Under the pieces are notes generated by a model, which saw only the letters and a program-made list of their open reading frames with translations, searched no databases and had not been told where the DNA came from. A stretch of DNA of 64,000 nucleotides from Anaeramoeba ignava BMAN. Lineage: Eukaryota > Protista > Anaeramoebae. Shown piece after piece: positions 60,298 through 64,000 of the stretch; position 1 is the stretch's first letter; every line of letters begins with the position of its first letter. A program made the translations under genes and the position numbers. Where the stretch lies: positions 124,001 through 188,000 of the forward strand of contig JAPDFW010000093.1 in NCBI GenBank assembly GCA_028826165.1. Reading direction: 5' to 3'.

Positions 60298-63198
60298 ATG
60301 AATCCTTTTGTTTATATTCGGAAAAATCAAATTGATTTATTGGATCTTTATTTTTGCAAAAATGAAAAAGCAGAAATCAATCAAAGAAATCAAAACAAAC
60401 AAACATTATTAAACTATAGCTGTCAAAACAATAGCAATTTAGAAATAATAAAATATTTAATAGAAATTGGAATAGATATCAATTTAGCAGACAAAATTGA
60501 AGCAACACCTTTACATTATGCATGTCAAAATAAAAATGAATTTGTGATAAAATTTCTAGTTGAAAATAAAGCAAATGTGAATGCAATTGATTTATTTAAA
60601 AAAACCCCACTTCATTATGCAATTCAATTTGGAGCAAATCCTGAATCAGTTGAATTTTTAATTGAATCAGGTACAAAAATATCTTATTTATCATCAGATT
60701 TATCAAATTATCTGCATTTTGCTTGCAAATATTCAAGTGATTTGCAAGTTATCAAATTTTTGGTTGAATCAGGATGTAAAGTTGATTTATTAAATAAATC
60801 AAGAAAAACTCCACTTCATTATGCATTAATTTCAAAAATGAAGTCTGAAGTTATTCATTTCATGTTGGATTCAAATGCGGATCTTAAAATACTTGATAGT
60901 GATAATAGAAGTTATGTTGATTACGCAATTGAGAATAATTATCCAATAGAAATCATAAAGAAAATGATTTCCAAAGGAGCATTTCCCGTTTCAACATCCA
61001 AATCACAAATTTCAACACTTCATCTTGTTTGTTCTCAAAAAATCGATAAAGAAATTGTTAGATTGATTTTGGATTATTATCAAGATGTGAACATTCAAGA
61101 TAATATGAAAAGAACACCTTTGCATTACGCATGCAAATGGAATCCCCAATTAGATGTTATTCAATTGCTTGTTAGCAAAGGTGCGAATCTTCAGCTTAAA
61201 GATTTTAAGGGTCTAACTCCTTTTCAAACCGCTTGCCAATTTTGCCAAGATGTTTCAATATTTAAATATCTCCACAATAAGGGTTCTGATCAAAATGCAT
61301 TGAATAACTATCAGCAATCTTGTTTGCATCTTCTTTGTCAACAGAATTCTTCTTATGAAATTTTGGAATGGATGTTAACTTTGAATTTGGATATTAATGC
61401 ACAAGATTTAGGCAAAAACACTCCTTTGCATTTTCTTTGTGAAAATAATCCTTCTTTAAAAATTATTCAATTTTTGTGAATTCTGGTGCAAAAACATCAA
61501 TTAAAAATAGTCAAAATGTTATTCCAGTAATGGTTTTAATTGGGAAGGATTTTTCAATAGAAATTATTGAGTATTTAATAAAACAAGTATTAATAGAAAT
61601 GGATATTAAAGTACAAGGAATTGTATTAAATTCAAATCAAAATAATAATGAAAATAATAAAAATGAAACTAATATCATCAATACGCTTACAGATTCCCAA
61701 AATAGAAACATCTTGCATCTCTTATTTCTTAATAAAACATATCAAAATCACTTTTTCCAAATTTCAAAATATTTGCTACAATTATCTCCGTCTTTTATCA
61801 TTCAACAAGATAACTCAGGAAGTTCTCCATTTCATTATTTATGCAGATACAGTACTGACGTTAAATTGATTGAATTCTTGATCAAAAAAGGAGCAAATCC
61901 TTCACAAACTAACAAAAAATTGGATACTCCTTTGCATAATTTGTGCTCTTCAAAAAATAATACTTTCTTTGCAATTAAATATCTTCTCAAAAATCACAAA
62001 ATTCAAATTGATGCAAAAAATTACAAAAATCAAACACCACTTCATTTATTATGTCAAAATAATCAAAATGAGAAAATATTGAAACTACTCATAAAACACG
62101 GAGCAAACACTCAAAACATTGATTCATTCAAAAATACTCCTCTTCATTATTGTTGCTTGAGAAAACCAAGTTTGGATTTCATTAAAATAATCATCCAAAC
62201 AAAACCTGAAATTAGCCCACAAAATTCAGAAAAAAAATCACCATTATATTATCTTTTATTATCCAAATCAACTGGCGAATCTGCAGATTTTTTACTCGAA
62301 AATGGAGCTATTGAAGAACTTTATAATTTTTCTGATGGTTTTATTATAAAAATTTTCAGAACTTTTAATAGTTGTTTAATTGATTTGTTTGTAAATTGGG
62401 GTTTTGATATTGAACCATTTGTAATTTATTTAAGAAAGTTAAACGATTGTTTTTTATCTTAAATTTACTCAAAAAAAATATTCCTTTTCTTTAATTTAAT
62501 GAATTTAGATGAAAAGAAAAAATTCACAATTTATTCAAAAATATCGACAAATATTTTCAATTTGTGAAGACTTTATAAAATTATTCCGAAGACAAGAATT
62601 AACAGATTACGAAATTAAATGTATCGATGGAACTATTTCTGTGCATAAAATAATTTTGTTATCAAGAATAAAAGAAATTGGAATTGAAAATTTTACTTTT
62701 CATTTATCAAAACTGGAAAAAAAAGAAGCAAATGAAATTTTGATGTTTGTCTATTCAGGATTAATCAAAAAAAATTATGTAAAATTAGTTGATTTTTTTG
62801 CAAAAATGGGAATTAAAAAGGAATTGTTTTGGAAAAAAATTGGAAGAAAAGGATTATTATTTGATTTCAAGAGGTTATTTGAAGATGAAGAAAGCAAAGA
62901 TTTTGAAATTATTTTGGAGAATTCTCAAATTAAAGCTCACAAAACAATTCTTATAGCTCGATCTGAACTTTTTCGAGGAATGTTTAATAGTGTTCAGGAT
63001 GATTCTAACCAAGTTCATGATTATTCTGGTTTTTCTTCTGATACAATTGAAGTTTTGATTAAGTTTATTTATTTGGATGAGATTGAAGAGAGTTTGGATG
63101 ATTTAGTTTTAAATGAGTTGTTTGATTCTTGTGAATATTTCCAGTTGAATCGTTATTCAAAAATTCATGGAGAATTATTTGAACAGAAACAAAAATAG
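60298..63198 (+). CDS. Divergent ankyrin-repeat protein with C-terminal tandem BTB; frameshift in T-run near 61471-61475; intron 62421-62508
   Basis: TPLH ankyrin repeats run across both ORFs. A GT-AG intron joins them to BTB domains (LTDYEI..VHKIILLSR; SKDFEI..AHKTILIARSELFRGMF). Confidence 0.85.
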
Positions 63199-63426
63199 AA
63201 ACAAAATTAAAAATAAAATTAAAAATATTTTTTTCCGAATAATTTTATTATTTTTCTTGTTTTAAAATAAAATAAAAGTAGAATTCAAATCAATTTCAAA
63301 ATAATTGCCCAATAATAATGATAAGAATAAATAATAACAAACTTGAATAATTTGAAAAGTAAAAAAATGAAAAAATTAACTAAGAGAATTTTTGAAATAA
63401 AAAAAAAAGTTTTTTCTTCTAAATAT

Positions 63427-63640
63427 TTAAATATTTAAAGATAAATTGCGAAAAATTGCAAGTCTTTGAGGAATTTGTTTTTTTGGTTGTTCTAAAGAGA
63501 ATAAATCAAAAGTTAAAGGATTATCTGGAGTTTCAATTTTATGATGAATAAATCTACATCTTTTACCATATGGACAAAAACCTCTGTTATGAAAAGATTT
63601 GCAAATTTGGGTTTTATATTTTGGGTGTCTAGTCACAGAT
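63427..63640 (-). CDS. CCCH zinc-finger protein (TTP/ZFP36-like), last exon only
   Basis: [29 protein letters not shown] and a C-terminal RLAIFRNLS (NOT1-binding-like). Acceptor AG at 63642-63641. Confidence 0.85.
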
Positions 63641-63659
63641 CTATTAATGAATTTTTGAG

Positions 63660-64000
63660 AATATTGAATATTAAATATTGAATTGAATATTAAATATTGA
63701 ATTAAATTGAATATTAAATATTGAATATTGAATTGAATTGAATTGAATTGAATATTGAATATTGAATATTGAATATTGAATTGAATATTAAATTGAATTG
63801 AATATTGAATATTGAATATTGAATATTGAATATTGAATATTGAATATTGAATATTGAATATTGAATATTGAATTTTGAATATTGAATATTGGAATGAATA
63901 TTGAAATATTGGGAATGAATTTTTGAATGGAATCGAATTGAATATTGAATATTGAATATTGAATATTGAATATTGAATATTGAATATTGGGAATGTGAAT
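63660..64000. repeat. (TATTGAA)n heptamer array in CCCH gene intron
   Basis: Reverse complement of the heptamer in the TFIIB-like intron. Confidence 0.9.

Noticed and set aside
1-64000. tRNA, rRNA, inteins, transposase or reverse-transcriptase genes
   Set aside because: No recognisable motifs were found by eye.

Overview
Extremely AT-rich, gene-dense eukaryotic (protist) DNA with spliceosomal GT-AG introns. The gene content (expanded RCC1-BTB, ankyrin-BTB and BTB-TLDc families, ScaA-like scaffold, N/Q homopeptides) suggests an Anaeramoeba-like metamonad; this is inference, not proven. About 20 protein genes were reconstructed by hand. Housekeeping genes: CSN4, Byr4/Bfa1-like, a six-EF-hand protein, SGNH hydrolase, divergent actin, DENND1-like, INTS5-like, RPC5, PP2C, ScaA-like, a TFIIB-family factor and a CCCH protein. 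An accessory block at about 8.2-30.9 kb holds intronless BTB-terminated repeat proteins interleaved with two 143-bp satellite arrays. Long introns are filled with intron-specific 5-17-bp microsatellites. Three observations stand out. (1) An 887-bp non-coding element with inverted termini, an apparent 3-bp TSD and an internal hairpin is inserted in a heptamer array inside the last TFIIB-like intron. (2) A cluster of probable Cullin-3 adaptors has homogenised BTB tails and shuffled, hypervariable repeat modules. (3) An Inr-like TTTCATTTT motif lies before nearly every start codon. Most I/K/N/F-rich ORFs in the supplied track are microsatellite artefacts.
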